64,000 nt of DNA, from the NCBI GenBank assembly GCA_037189525.1, contig JBBCJC010000002.1, positions 704,001 to 768,000 on the forward strand, written 5' to 3'. A program made the translations under genes and the position numbers. This stretch comes from Gemmatimonadales bacterium. GTDB taxonomy: Bacteria > Gemmatimonadota > Gemmatimonadetes > Gemmatimonadales > GWC2-71-9. Below are positions 19,899 through 30,062 of this stretch, one piece after another. Under the pieces are notes generated by a model. That model did no database searches. It saw only the letters and a program-made list of their open reading frames with translations, and had not been told where the DNA came from. Position 1 is the stretch's first letter, and each line of letters starts with the position of its first letter.

Positions 19899-20073
19899 AG
19901 CGGAGACTCGTGGCGGTGGAGGGGCAGAGATGGTGCTGACGTTCCAAGATACGATAAACCGAGCCGGCAGGGGAGCGGCGAAATTCGGTTTCGGTTGACG
20001 GGGTTGGCCTCGACCCCCGAACTTTGGCCACATTCCGGCAGATTCGATTCACCGATTACCCTGTTTGGTCTCT

Positions 20074-21666
20074 ATGATGAACCGTTCCGTGCTCCCGTTC
20101 GTTGCGACGCTGCTGGTGTTCGGCTCGGCGGCCGCATCGGCGCAACGTGATGCCAGCAGTCTGGCGCCGCCGCCGGCATTTCCCGACCCCGATCGGGTCG
20201 CCAAACTGTCTCAGGCTTTTCCGGCCATCGACCGCCTGATGCGTGACTTTGCAGAGCGCTCGCGAGTGCCGGGCATTGCCTACGGCATCATCATCGACGG
20301 GAAGCTCGCCCATCGCGGCACCGCCGGTTTCCGCAACCTCGCGTCGCGCGCGCCGGTCGATTCTTCGAGCGTGTTCCGGATTGCCTCGATGTCCAAGAGC
20401 TTCACGGCACTCGCAATTCTCCAGCTGCGAGACGAAGGAAAGCTCGCGCTGGACGATCCGGCCGAACGGTATGTGCCGGAACTCGCCACGCTCCGGTATC
20501 CGACCACCGACTCGCCCAAGATCACGATTCGTCACCTGCTTTCGCATTCCGAAGGATTTCCTGAAGACAATCCCTGGGGCGACCAACAGCTGGCCATTCG
20601 TGACGACGAGATGAATCGGCTGATGCGGAGCGGGATCCCGTTTTCGACGGCGCCGGGCACGGCGTACGAGTACTCGAACTACGGCTTTGCCATCCTGGGG
20701 CGGATCGTGGCCAACGTGTCGGGGATGCCCTTCGCGCGGTATCTGGAGCAGCGGATCCTCGCGCCGCTCGGGATGACGGTGACCACGCTGGAGGCGTCGA
20801 CCGTGTCTCCTGCCCGGCTGGCGCACGGCTACCGGTGGCAGGATACCACCTGGCTCGAAGAAGCGCAGCTGGCGGATGGCGCCTTCGGCCCGATGGGCGG
20901 GATCCTGACCTCGGTCGACGACCTGAGCCGCTGGGTCGGGTTCATGCTCGCTGCCTGGCCGCCGCGCGACGGGGAGGAGCGCGGGCCGGTGCGCCGATCC
21001 TCGGTCCGTGAGATGCAGCAGGTGGCGCGGTACAACGGCGCTTCGACGGTGCGCGACGCCGCGACCGGTACGGTCACGCTGAGCGCGGGCGGATACGGTT
21101 ATGGTCTCGGTATCAGGCAGTCCTGCCAGGTGCCGTCCAACGTCTCGCACAGCGGCGGGTTGCCCGGCTTCGGCTCGATCATGCAGTGGTTGCCCGACTA
21201 TGGCGTCGGCATCGTGACGCTCGGTAACGTGACCTACACTCCATGGCGGGTGCCGGTCGAGCAGGCGTTCGATCTGCTCGACAAGACCGGCGGCCTGGTC
21301 CGGCGGGTGCCGCAGCCGGCGCCCGTGCTCGTGCAGGCGCGGGAGCAGGTGACCCGTCTGGTGCAGAATTGGAGCGAGCCGCTGGCCGATAGCGTCGCCG
21401 CGATGAATCTCTATCTGGACGAGCCCAAACCCCGCCGGCGCGCGGCGATCGAGCGGCTCCGGAACCAGGTCGGTGGAAGCTGCCGTCCGGAAGGGCCGTT
21501 CGAAGTCGAGAATGCGCTCCGGGGCCGGTGGCGGCTGCGCTGTGCATCGGGCGACCTGCGTGTCTCGATTACGCTGGCGCCGACCGAACCGGCCCGTGTG
21601 CAGCAACTCGATGTGCGGACCATGAAGCGGGAGGAGTCGCTGGCGGCGCCGGCGGCCTGCCGGTAG
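20074..21666 (+). CDS. Secreted serine hydrolase (beta-lactamase class C/AmpH-like)
   Basis: Signal peptide; FRIASMSK; LLSHSEG; YSN; HSGG. Confidence 0.9.
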   Translation: MMNRSVLPFVATLLVFGSAAASAQRDASSLAPPPAFPDPDRVAKLSQAFPAIDRLMRDFAERSRVPGIAYGIIIDGKLAHRGTAGFRNLASRAPVDSSSVFRIASMSKSFTALAILQLRDEGKLALDDPAERYVPELATLRYPTTDSPKITIRHLLSHSEGFPEDNPWGDQQLAIRDDEMNRLMRSGIPFSTAPGTAYEYSNYGFAILGRIVANVSGMPFARYLEQRILAPLGMTVTTLEASTVSPARLAHGYRWQDTTWLEEAQLADGAFGPMGGILTSVDDLSRWVGFMLAAWPPRDGEERGPVRRSSVREMQQVARYNGASTVRDAATGTVTLSAGGYGYGLGIRQSCQVPSNVSHSGGLPGFGSIMQWLPDYGVGIVTLGNVTYTPWRVPVEQAFDLLDKTGGLVRRVPQPAPVLVQAREQVTRLVQNWSEPLADSVAAMNLYLDEPKPRRRAAIERLRNQVGGSCRPEGPFEVENALRGRWRLRCASGDLRVSITLAPTEPARVQQLDVRTMKREESLAAPAACR

Positions 21667-21681
21667 CCGCGTAGCAATCGG

Positions 21682-23022
21682 TCAGACGGTCGGCGGCCGG
21701 CTCCGGGCGCCGCCGACCGTGCTTCGCGAGGCGAGCGGGATGAGCGGAAGCCCCGCCACCACGACCGCGATCCCCAGCAGCGATCCGATACCTGCGTAGA
21801 GCACGCTCGAGTACACCATCCAGGCTGCCGCCGCGCCGAAGAGGAGCGGCGGCAGCGGGTAGAGCGGCATCCGGTACGGCAGGAGGACACCGCGCCCGCG
21901 GGCGATGAACACCGAGCCTGCCACCAGCAGCAGGAAGAACCAGAAGACCGGCGCCGTGTAGGCCACCATCGCTTCGAAGCCGTTTCGAGTCACCGCACCG
22001 AACACCACCAGCCCGACGGCAATTGCCGCTTGCAGCAGCAAGGCATTGGCCGGTTTCTCTCCCTGCTCGTTCCAGATACCCAGCCGCCGGATCGGCGGCA
22101 CGTCCCGTCCGAGCGCATAATAGGCCCGTGCGCCCGTGAAGACCGTGGCATTGAGGGTGCTGAGGGCGCAGGCGCAGACGCAGAGGCTGAAGAGCATGGC
22201 GCCGACGTCACCTGCCAGGCGGCGGATCAGTTCGGCGCCGACGGTATCGGTGGCACGAAGCTGCTCCAGGCCGAGTGTGCGCAGGTAGCCAAAGTTGGCG
22301 GCGAGATAGAGGACTACCACGACCACCGTGCCCAGGCCCAGGGCGCGGATCATGTTGCGCTGCACGTCCCGCATCTCGCCGGACAGATAGGCAACCTCGT
22401 TCCACCCGCCGTAGGTGAGCAGGACGAAGACCATGGCAAGGCCGATCGATCCGCTGCCGCTCGGAGGCGGCGCGGGTGGCGCGGCCGGGACGGTGAACCC
22501 CGCGACGATCACGATGCCCAGCGCTGCGACGGTCAGGACCGTGAGCCCCACCTGGACCCGGGTGCTGGGGCGGGTACCCGCGAGGTTGATCCCCGTGATG
22601 ACCACGACGGCGAGCAAGGCATGGATGGCGCTGCCGAACTCGCCCAGGGGCAGAATACGGGAGGCGTAGTCCCCATGAACGAACGCGACCGCAGCGATCG
22701 CGCCCGTCTGAATCACGGTGCCTCGGCTCCAGGCAAAGAGGACGCCGAGCCGAGGGCCGTAGGCGGAGCGCAGGAAGTGATACTCACCTCCGGCGTCGGG
22801 CCAGGCGCTGCCCAGTTCTGCGTAGCAGAGGGCGCCGACCAGCATGATCAGTCCGCCCGCCAGCCAGACGGCCATGAAGGCGGTATCGCTCGTCACGTTC
22901 GCCGCAACCAGCGATGGGGTCCGAAAGATCCCGATGCCGATCACGATCCCGATCAGGAAGGAAGCCCCGGCCGTGAAGGACAACGTCTGGCGCGGACCGC
23001 TCGACTGGGTCTGGTCAGTCAC
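21682..23022 (-). CDS. APC family amino acid permease
   Basis: IGIGIFRTPS; CYAELGS..P.AGGEY; YGGWNE; PYRMPLYP. Confidence 0.92.
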   Translation of the reverse strand: MTDQTQSSGPRQTLSFTAGASFLIGIVIGIGIFRTPSLVAANVTSDTAFMAVWLAGGLIMLVGALCYAELGSAWPDAGGEYHFLRSAYGPRLGVLFAWSRGTVIQTGAIAAVAFVHGDYASRILPLGEFGSAIHALLAVVVITGINLAGTRPSTRVQVGLTVLTVAALGIVIVAGFTVPAAPPAPPPSGSGSIGLAMVFVLLTYGGWNEVAYLSGEMRDVQRNMIRALGLGTVVVVVLYLAANFGYLRTLGLEQLRATDTVGAELIRRLAGDVGAMLFSLCVCACALSTLNATVFTGARAYYALGRDVPPIRRLGIWNEQGEKPANALLLQAAIAVGLVVFGAVTRNGFEAMVAYTAPVFWFFLLLVAGSVFIARGRGVLLPYRMPLYPLPPLLFGAAAAWMVYSSVLYAGIGSLLGIAVVVAGLPLIPLASRSTVGGARSRPPTV

Positions 23023-23093
23023 GAATCAGCTCGCTTGGGGAGGGGAGTCGGGGAGCGCGCGGTCATGCATCGCTCCCCGAGGGATTTGAACGA

Positions 23094-23894
23094 TCAGGAC
23101 CCGCGAGTCGCGCCCCAGGGACGTCCGCCCGCGCCTTGGACGGCCGAGATGCGGTCGCCGGCGACGCGCCCGACGTAAGCGTGGCGGCCGTCGGGGCCGT
23201 CGATCACGAAACGGATCTCGTCGCCGCGCAGCGCGGTTTCCTGCAGCCGGTAGCTCGATTCGCCGATCTTGGCGGTGCCGTCGATGATCTGGTACTGCTG
23301 ATTGAGATCGATGGTGAAAGTGCGCGGACCATCGGTCACGTTCCACTGTCCCGCGACTTTGGCCGGCACGATCCACAGATAGGCGCTCCGTCCGTCGACC
23401 ACATCATGGCGATCGGGCCGCCAGTCGCCCATGTCGAAGGCGTGGGAGGCGAGCCGGGTGCCGGGCTTCAAGTCGAGGAGGATCGGCCGGAGTTTGACGT
23501 TCAAGCTCGGCAGCAGGTACATCGTGATGACGGTGGCTTTGCTGAGATCGGTTTCGAACAGGTTCTGCTGCTGGAAGCTGACCCGATCGCCAACGCCGGC
23601 GGTGCGCAGGTTTTCCTGGGCTTCACGGATCCGCTCGGGGTCGAGGTCAACGCCCATGCCGCGCGCGCCGTTCCGCTTGGCGGCCGCAATCGGGATCCGG
23701 CCGTCGCCCGAGCCGAGATCGATCACGAAGTCGGCCTTGGTCACCTTGGCCATGTCGAGCATCCGTTCCACCACCTGGGTCGGGGTGGGGACGAAGTGGA
23801 CGTCGAGGTTGGGCGGGTCCTGCGCGTAGGCGGGCGCGGCGGCCGTGGCCAGCATGACGAGCGCAGCAAGCGTAGTGGTGGTGCGAGTCATCAT
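23094..23894 (-). CDS. Class I SAM-dependent methyltransferase with signal peptide
   Basis: AYA-Q signal cleavage; DVHFVPTP; DLGSGDGRI; ATVITMYLL; SHAFDMGDW. Confidence 0.85.
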   Translation of the reverse strand: MMTRTTTTLAALVMLATAAAPAYAQDPPNLDVHFVPTPTQVVERMLDMAKVTKADFVIDLGSGDGRIPIAAAKRNGARGMGVDLDPERIREAQENLRTAGVGDRVSFQQQNLFETDLSKATVITMYLLPSLNVKLRPILLDLKPGTRLASHAFDMGDWRPDRHDVVDGRSAYLWIVPAKVAGQWNVTDGPRTFTIDLNQQYQIIDGTAKIGESSYRLQETALRGDEIRFVIDGPDGRHAYVGRVAGDRISAVQGAGGRPWGATRGS

Positions 23895-23947
23895 TGGGAC
23901 CGTTCTCCTCTGGGAGTGATCGGGCCGGGCCGGGATGGTCGCCGCGA

Positions 23948-26900
23948 TCACGGCGCGAGCTCCGGTTCGGCGGCGGCATGCGACGACTCGTCCGGAGTGC
24001 CGATGACGGCTCGGCGGATCCGGTCGGTGATCGCGTGGGCCTGCAGGTACACTGCGGGGACGACCAGCAGGGTCAGCGCCGTGGACACGATGATACCGCC
24101 GACCAGGGTGACCGCCAGCGGCTGCATCAGTTCGGTGCCCTCGCCGATCCCCAAGGCGAGCGGCAGCATGCCGAGGATGCTGGTAAACGTCGTCATCAGA
24201 ATGGGTCGGAGGCGCACCACGCCGGCTTCGACCACGGCATCCTCGGTCGACAGGCCGTCGTCCTGCCTTCCGATCTCGACGTACTCGACCAGGAGGATGG
24301 CGTTGTTGACCACGATGCCCGCCAGCAGGATGACACCCAGCAGCACGGGGGCGCTGAGTGGCGTCCCGGTCAGCAGCAGCGCGGCGCCGACCCCGACCAG
24401 AGCCAGCGGAACCGAGACCAGAATGACCAGCGGATTGACCACGCTTTCGTACTGGATCGCCATTACGACGAAGACCAGAAAGATGGCCAGCACGATGACG
24501 ATGGCGAGATTGCGATTGTTCTCGCGAATGGCCTCTTCTTCGCCGCCGTAGAGAATGGCAAACCCTTCCGGCAGCGTCAGGTCCGCAAGACGGGCGCGAA
24601 TCTCGGCGCTGACCCGGCTGATATTGGTGAGCGAGGTGTTGACGTCGCCCTCGACCTGGATCTGGCGGTTCTGATTCTCGCGAATGATGGTCGTCGGTCC
24701 GGTGCCGATACTGACCGACGCCACGTCTCGCAGATAGATCGGCCGGTCGCGGCCCGAGAACAGCGCGATGGCGCCCAGGTCCTCGGCGCTGGTGAACTGC
24801 TCGCGCGGCAAGCGGACCCGGACGTCGTATTCGTAGTTGCCTTCGGCGTACCGGGTGGGAATGGCGCCCTCGAGCGCGGTGCGTACGCTCTGCCCGACGG
24901 CCGCGACATTGAGGCCCAGGTCGGAGGTACGGTCGCGGTCGATCCGAATCGCGAGTTGCGGGCTCGCCTCTTCGGTCGACATCTGAATGCTCTCCAGCCC
25001 TTCGATGCCCTGCATTCGGGCCATCACCTCGGAGCCGATCCGCTGCAGGGTCGCGAGGTCGTTGCCCTGGATGGCGACGGCCGCGTCGGTGCCGGAGCGA
25101 TTGGTGCGCAAACCGCGGATTCGCGGCGGCCGGACTCCGATGCGGGCGCCGGGAATGCCCAGCGCATCGATGTCCCGCTGAAATTCGGCAACCCAGTCCG
25201 ACGCGCTGACGCCGGGCCGGTCGGGGGCGGGGGTCAGCTGGATGTTGATCGAGCCTCGTCCGCCGCGTTCCGACGTGCTGCTGCCGAACAGGAATCCTCC
25301 GGCGGTGGCAAAGACATCCTGCACATGCGGCCGCTCGGCGATCATCGATTCGAGTTGCCGGACGATCTGATCAGTGCGTTCGGGTGGCGTACCGGGAGGC
25401 ATGGAGACCCAGACGCCGATGGTGCCGTCGTCGACCACCGGGAGGAATTCGCTGGGGAGCCGCGTCGCCAGATACAGCGTACCTGCCAGGACCGCGAACG
25501 AGCCGCCGATGACCCAGCCGCGCCGGCGCAGGGTTCCGCGCGCCAGAGTGCGGTACCGATCGCCCAGCCGGGTGATGGCGCGATTGAAGGCCACGATCGG
25601 ACGGGAGCGATCAAGCCCGGTACTCCAGCGCACCTTGGCCAGCTGCGCCGTGAGCATCGGCACCAGGGTGAGCGCGATGGGCAGCGACGCCGCGATAGCG
25701 AAGGTGACGGTCAGGATCAGTTCCCGGAAGATCAACGCAGCAAGCCCGGTGATCAGGAGGAACGGCACCACGGCGGCGAGATTGGTCGTGGTCGAGGCAA
25801 TCACCGCCGAGGTGACCTCACCGGCGCCGTCGTGGGCGGCGGTGTCCGGATCTTTGCCCATGGCCCGGTGTCGGAAGACGTTCTCGAGCATCACGATCGC
25901 ATTGTCGAGCAGCAGCCCGACGCCCAGCGCCAGGCCGCCCATGCTCATGATGTTGAGCGTGAGTCCGGTGCCGCCCATCAGCGCCAAAGTAGCCAGGATG
26001 GCAATCGGGATCGAGATGCCGATGATCAGCGTCTTCCGGACGCTGCCCAGAAAGAGCAACACCACGACCATGGCCAGGAGCGAGCCGGCGATCGCGGCAT
26101 CCGTCACGCTCGCGATGGCATTTTCGATGAAGAACGACTGGTCGGCAACGACCCGGTAGGCGACGTCGTCGGGAATGAACCGCGAGTCGGCCAGCTGTCC
26201 CAGCTTGTCGCCGACGCCCGCGGCAACCGCGACGGTATTGGCCTCGGGCAGCTTGCGCACCGAGAGCTTGACCGCCGGCACCCCGTTCAGCCGGCTCCAG
26301 AGGCGCTGCTCCCGATTAGTGTCCGATACCTGGGCAAGGTCGGACAATGGCAGCCGCTGCGACGTCCCGGGCCGGTTGATCAGCAGCCGGCGGATGTCGT
26401 CGACCGACTGGAACTTGCCGGCGGTTTTGCCGACCACCTCGAACTGAGGCGACGTCAGACTCCCGGCGGCGACGTCCTGATTCTCGTCCCGCAGCGTGGT
26501 CAGGATATCGGTGACTGTAAAGCCGTAGGAGCGGAGCCGTTCCTGGTCGAGCGTTACGCGCACTTCGCGAATCAGACCGCCGGAAATGTCGATCGAGCCG
26601 ACGCCTTCGACGGTCAGCAACTGCGGCAGCAACTGCAGATCGACCCATCTGCGCAGCTCCACCTGGCTCATGCTGCCCGAGCTGAAGCCGACTTCGTAGA
26701 CCGGCATCTGCGACGGGTCGGACTTGTTGATCGACGGAGGCTGGACGTCGACGGGCAGGCGTGAACGGGCACGATCGAGGTTCTTCGACGCATCCTGCAG
26801 CGCGAAGTTCATGTCCGTGCCGTAACGGAAGTGGAGCCCGACTTCGGCGCGTCCTTCCTGGGTTTCCGATTCGAGGCGGATCAGGTTCTCGGTGGTGGCG

Positions 26901-27127
26901 AGCGCCGTTTCCAGCACCTTGGTAACCTGTTCCTCCATGACCTCGGGGGCCACGCCGGGATACTGGACGTTGACCCGGACCTGCGGATAGACGATCTGCG
27001 GCAGAAGGTCGATCGGCAGGCGCCGGCCGATGAAGACGCCGAGCACGATAACGACCGCAGCAAGCGAAAGGGTGCCGATCGGACGCCGGATGGCGAGGCT
27101 GGGAAGGGTCGAGCGCCGGTCGCTCAT
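23948..27127 (-). CDS. RND efflux permease (AcrB/CusA family)
   Basis: AIRRPI; PIDLLP; LDNAIVMLEN; GIVVNNAILLVE; RLRPILMT. Confidence 0.95.
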   Translation of the reverse strand: MSDRRSTLPSLAIRRPIGTLSLAAVVIVLGVFIGRRLPIDLLPQIVYPQVRVNVQYPGVAPEVMEEQVTKVLETALATTENLIRLESETQEGRAEVGLHFRYGTDMNFALQDASKNLDRARSRLPVDVQPPSINKSDPSQMPVYEVGFSSGSMSQVELRRWVDLQLLPQLLTVEGVGSIDISGGLIREVRVTLDQERLRSYGFTVTDILTTLRDENQDVAAGSLTSPQFEVVGKTAGKFQSVDDIRRLLINRPGTSQRLPLSDLAQVSDTNREQRLWSRLNGVPAVKLSVRKLPEANTVAVAAGVGDKLGQLADSRFIPDDVAYRVVADQSFFIENAIASVTDAAIAGSLLAMVVVLLFLGSVRKTLIIGISIPIAILATLALMGGTGLTLNIMSMGGLALGVGLLLDNAIVMLENVFRHRAMGKDPDTAAHDGAGEVTSAVIASTTTNLAAVVPFLLITGLAALIFRELILTVTFAIAASLPIALTLVPMLTAQLAKVRWSTGLDRSRPIVAFNRAITRLGDRYRTLARGTLRRRGWVIGGSFAVLAGTLYLATRLPSEFLPVVDDGTIGVWVSMPPGTPPERTDQIVRQLESMIAERPHVQDVFATAGGFLFGSSTSERGGRGSINIQLTPAPDRPGVSASDWVAEFQRDIDALGIPGARIGVRPPRIRGLRTNRSGTDAAVAIQGNDLATLQRIGSEVMARMQGIEGLESIQMSTEEASPQLAIRIDRDRTSDLGLNVAAVGQSVRTALEGAIPTRYAEGNYEYDVRVRLPREQFTSAEDLGAIALFSGRDRPIYLRDVASVSIGTGPTTIIRENQNRQIQVEGDVNTSLTNISRVSAEIRARLADLTLPEGFAILYGGEEEAIRENNRNLAIVIVLAIFLVFVVMAIQYESVVNPLVILVSVPLALVGVGAALLLTGTPLSAPVLLGVILLAGIVVNNAILLVEYVEIGRQDDGLSTEDAVVEAGVVRLRPILMTTFTSILGMLPLALGIGEGTELMQPLAVTLVGGIIVSTALTLLVVPAVYLQAHAITDRIRRAVIGTPDESSHAAAEPELAP

Positions 27128-28227
27128 GGGTTGTCCATCCGAACGACGGACACCGAGTCACGAATCGGGCGGCCTGCCGTGATGCGAACTTGTGCGCCGG
27201 GCCGGAGATTGAGTTGGCCCGAGGTGACGACCAGCTCGCCCGGGGCGAGTCCCTCGGTGACTTCCACTACGCCGCCGGACGTCATGCCGATCACGATCGG
27301 GCGGCGCATCAGGGTGTCGTTCTCGACGACGAAGACGAAATTGCCGTCGGAGGTGGCGCCGATGGCGCCCGCAGGCACGGCCAGGATGCCGTTGCGCCGT
27401 TCGACGCTGAACTCGGCGCGCGCCAGGAAGCCTGGTTGGATCCGAACGGTTGGTGGAGGACGTGCCAGCCCGACTTCCACGGGGACTAGACGGGTGGCGG
27501 GATCGGCGCTCGGAAAGACCCGGCGAACCCAGCCCCGCAAGCGCACCCCTGGCTGCGCATCGAGGCGCACCGAAACCGAATCGTTGTCGGCGACATGGAC
27601 GACGTCGAGTTCCGACATCTGCACCCGCACGACCAGCAAGGCGTCGTCGGCGATGTCGAAGAGCCGCTGGTTGGTGGAAACCGCGCTGCCCGTTTCCACC
27701 GCTTTGCTGGTGATGACGCCAGCGCTCGGTGCGGTGACGCGACTGAACTCGAGCCGGGTCTCCCATAACTTGACGTCGCTCGTGGCCGTCGCGAACGCCG
27801 CACGCGCCAGCTCGAACTCGGCGTCGGTGATGATGCCTGCCTTCTGCATCTCCTCGCTGCGTTCGAACGCGGTCCGCGCATTGGCCAGGACCGCGCGGGC
27901 GCGCTCCAGTTGGGCGACCGTTTCCCGGGCGTCCAGCTCAGCAAGCAGCTGGCCGGGGCGGACCCGGTCGCCCTCGGTGACACGGACGGCGAGAATCGTC
28001 CCGGACGCCTGGCTGTTGACGCCGATCACACGGATCGGTTCGACCGGACCCGTCAGCGTGACGGTGCGAGCCAGGTTCTGACGTTCCGCAGGCACCACGG
28101 CAACGGCCGTGGCCGGCCGGCGATTGCGTTCTTGATCACTGGTGCTGGAGGAGCATCCGGCCAGCGCGGCGGCCGACGTGGTCAGGAGGGCCATGAGCGG
28201 CCCGTGGCGTGCGGGGAGGAAAGCCAT
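27124..28227 (-). CDS. RND membrane-fusion (periplasmic adaptor) lipoprotein
   Basis: LAGC lipobox; VTEGDRVRPGQLLAELD; APSAGVI; GLAPGELVVTSG; start may be 28194. Confidence 0.92.
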   Translation of the reverse strand: MAFLPARHGPLMALLTTSAAALAGCSSSTSDQERNRRPATAVAVVPAERQNLARTVTLTGPVEPIRVIGVNSQASGTILAVRVTEGDRVRPGQLLAELDARETVAQLERARAVLANARTAFERSEEMQKAGIITDAEFELARAAFATATSDVKLWETRLEFSRVTAPSAGVITSKAVETGSAVSTNQRLFDIADDALLVVRVQMSELDVVHVADNDSVSVRLDAQPGVRLRGWVRRVFPSADPATRLVPVEVGLARPPPTVRIQPGFLARAEFSVERRNGILAVPAGAIGATSDGNFVFVVENDTLMRRPIVIGMTSGGVVEVTEGLAPGELVVTSGQLNLRPGAQVRITAGRPIRDSVSVVRMDNP

Positions 28228-28263
28228 ATAACCCCTACGCGCCACGGGCCCGCAATGTTGAAC

Positions 28264-28911
28264 TCAGTCGTCGGAGTTGTTCGGAACGCCTTCGATCACG
28301 AAGACCACTCGGCGATTGGCTTCGGCTCCGGGCATGTCGCCGTAGGCGCCTTCGACCAACTGACGGGTTTTGCCCATACCGACCGCGCGGAGCGTTACAC
28401 CCGACGCGCCCGCCTGTTCCAGGTAGGCGCGAACGTTGTCGGCGCGCTCCTGCGAGAGACGGCGATTGTACGCGGTCGTGCCGGCCGGATCTGCAAAGCC
28501 TTCGATCGTGACGATGGACCCGGCATAGTGGCGGCTGACGACCTGCGCAAAGCGGTCGAGCGCGGCGCGATCTTCCGGCCGAACAGTGGCGTCGTCATAT
28601 GCGAAGCGAATCGGGAAGGCAAACTGCATCCCGCCTTCCATCGCGATGATGCGGGCGCCGAGTGAATCGCGGAGGACGCGAAGATCCTGCTGCAGTGTCG
28701 TGACATCGCGCTTGACGCCGTCGACATCCGTACGGACGCTGGCGATCTGGCCGGACAGGTCACGTCGCACCCCTTCGTCGCCCGCCGTCCATCCCGCGCG
28801 GCTGCTATCTGCCGCGGCCTGGACCTGTCGATTGACGTACCCCTTGGTTGCGCAGCCACTTACCGAGGCGATCAGGAGTACCGCGCCCGTGAACTTCGCG
28901 ATCGTCGTCAT
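28264..28911 (-). CDS. OmpA family lipoprotein
   Basis: VSGC lipobox; coiled segment; FAYDDATV; EGFADPAG..YNRRLSQERA; NRRV. Confidence 0.9.
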   Translation of the reverse strand: MTTIAKFTGAVLLIASVSGCATKGYVNRQVQAAADSSRAGWTAGDEGVRRDLSGQIASVRTDVDGVKRDVTTLQQDLRVLRDSLGARIIAMEGGMQFAFPIRFAYDDATVRPEDRAALDRFAQVVSRHYAGSIVTIEGFADPAGTTAYNRRLSQERADNVRAYLEQAGASGVTLRAVGMGKTRQLVEGAYGDMPGAEANRRVVFVIEGVPNNSDD

Positions 28912-29104
28912 CTGGAGTCCCCCATCAGGTTGATACGTTCAATCCCCGAAGTCCAATCGGGGGTCGGTGCTCGAAATGCCGCACCATGACGTGGTGTCTG
29001 AGTGAGAGACGAACGAGGGCGCTCGAGGTGGACGTGTCTGAGAACCGCCACTCATAAGTGACGGGAAACCGGTCGGAAAATTCCGCCGCCTGAGCGCGAC
29101 GAGG

Positions 29105-29833
29105 TCAGTGTTTCGGGCGGGCGATGAAGATCTGCCGGTCCCAGGGATCGTGCGCCGTCTCGAACGTGAGGCCGGCCGCGTCGAGCCATTCGTGCCACTG
29201 GGCGAGCGAGAAGAGACCTTCCATATGCCGGTCGTGCTCGACCGTGATGCGGCCATCCGAATCGCGCAGCAGGAAGGCGTAGTCGACCAGATAGGTACCG
29301 TCGGTCGGATCAGGGTCCCAGCGCCATTCGAGGTATCGCAAACCTCGGCCATCGGGTCCGTCGGTGCCTTCGGCCTCGGTGCCCTCGGTAAACGTTTCGC
29401 GCAGGTAGTCGGGCAGGATGGCGATGACCCCGTCCGTGCGGCAGTGGAGCACGGCGGTGCGAAGCGCGGCGCGGACGGCATCCGGGGTGGTGGCATACAT
29501 GATCGCGTCATGTACCAGGACGACGTCGAACTGCCGGTCCAGTCGCAACGTCTGCATGTCCCCGACCAGGTGCTCTGCCTCGGGGTTCAGGGTGGCGCTG
29601 ACGGCCAGCATGGCCGGGGCGCGATCGGTCAGGGTCAGGGCGAAATGAGGGGCCAGGTGCGAGGCCAGGTTCCCGCCGCCGGCGCCGAGTTCGAGCAGGG
29701 TCGGGCGGCGGTCCGCGGGCAGGGGGCCGAGGCGCTGCAGCAGGTCGAGGGCCTCGGCGTCATAGTCGTCGGGGGGCGAAAAGAGGGGCCACCAGTGCGC
29801 CAACTCGTCGTAGAAACGGGGTCGCGTCGACAT
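29105..29833 (-). CDS. Class I SAM-dependent methyltransferase
   Basis: LLELGAGGG; GDMQTL; FDVVLVHDAIMY. Confidence 0.88.
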   Translation of the reverse strand: MSTRPRFYDELAHWWPLFSPPDDYDAEALDLLQRLGPLPADRRPTLLELGAGGGNLASHLAPHFALTLTDRAPAMLAVSATLNPEAEHLVGDMQTLRLDRQFDVVLVHDAIMYATTPDAVRAALRTAVLHCRTDGVIAILPDYLRETFTEGTEAEGTDGPDGRGLRYLEWRWDPDPTDGTYLVDYAFLLRDSDGRITVEHDRHMEGLFSLAQWHEWLDAAGLTFETAHDPWDRQIFIARPKH

Positions 29834-29926
29834 GCTGCAGTATGCTCGCAACGCCAACCTGGTTCAACGGCGGGGGTGGGCCGGGGCGACCGGGGCAGGT
29901 GGGGGTGGCGGGCCGGTCCGGAATCA

Positions 29927-30019
29927 AGGCACACTTTATGCATATATATCTAAGTTATATCTGAGTCGATTTATACTAAGCATGCAGATATTTACATTAA
30001 ATCACGTCTTGCTTAGCTT
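29927..30019 (+). promoter_or_regulatory. AT-rich glnA promoter region with candidate sigma-54 and sigma-70 elements
   Basis: AGGCACACTTTATGCA (GG-N10-GC, 29927-29942); TTTACA-N17-TAGCTT (29991-30019). Confidence 0.5.
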
Positions 30020-30062
30020 ATAGCAGTGTAGTTCAACAATCTGACCTGTCGGAGCAACATCC

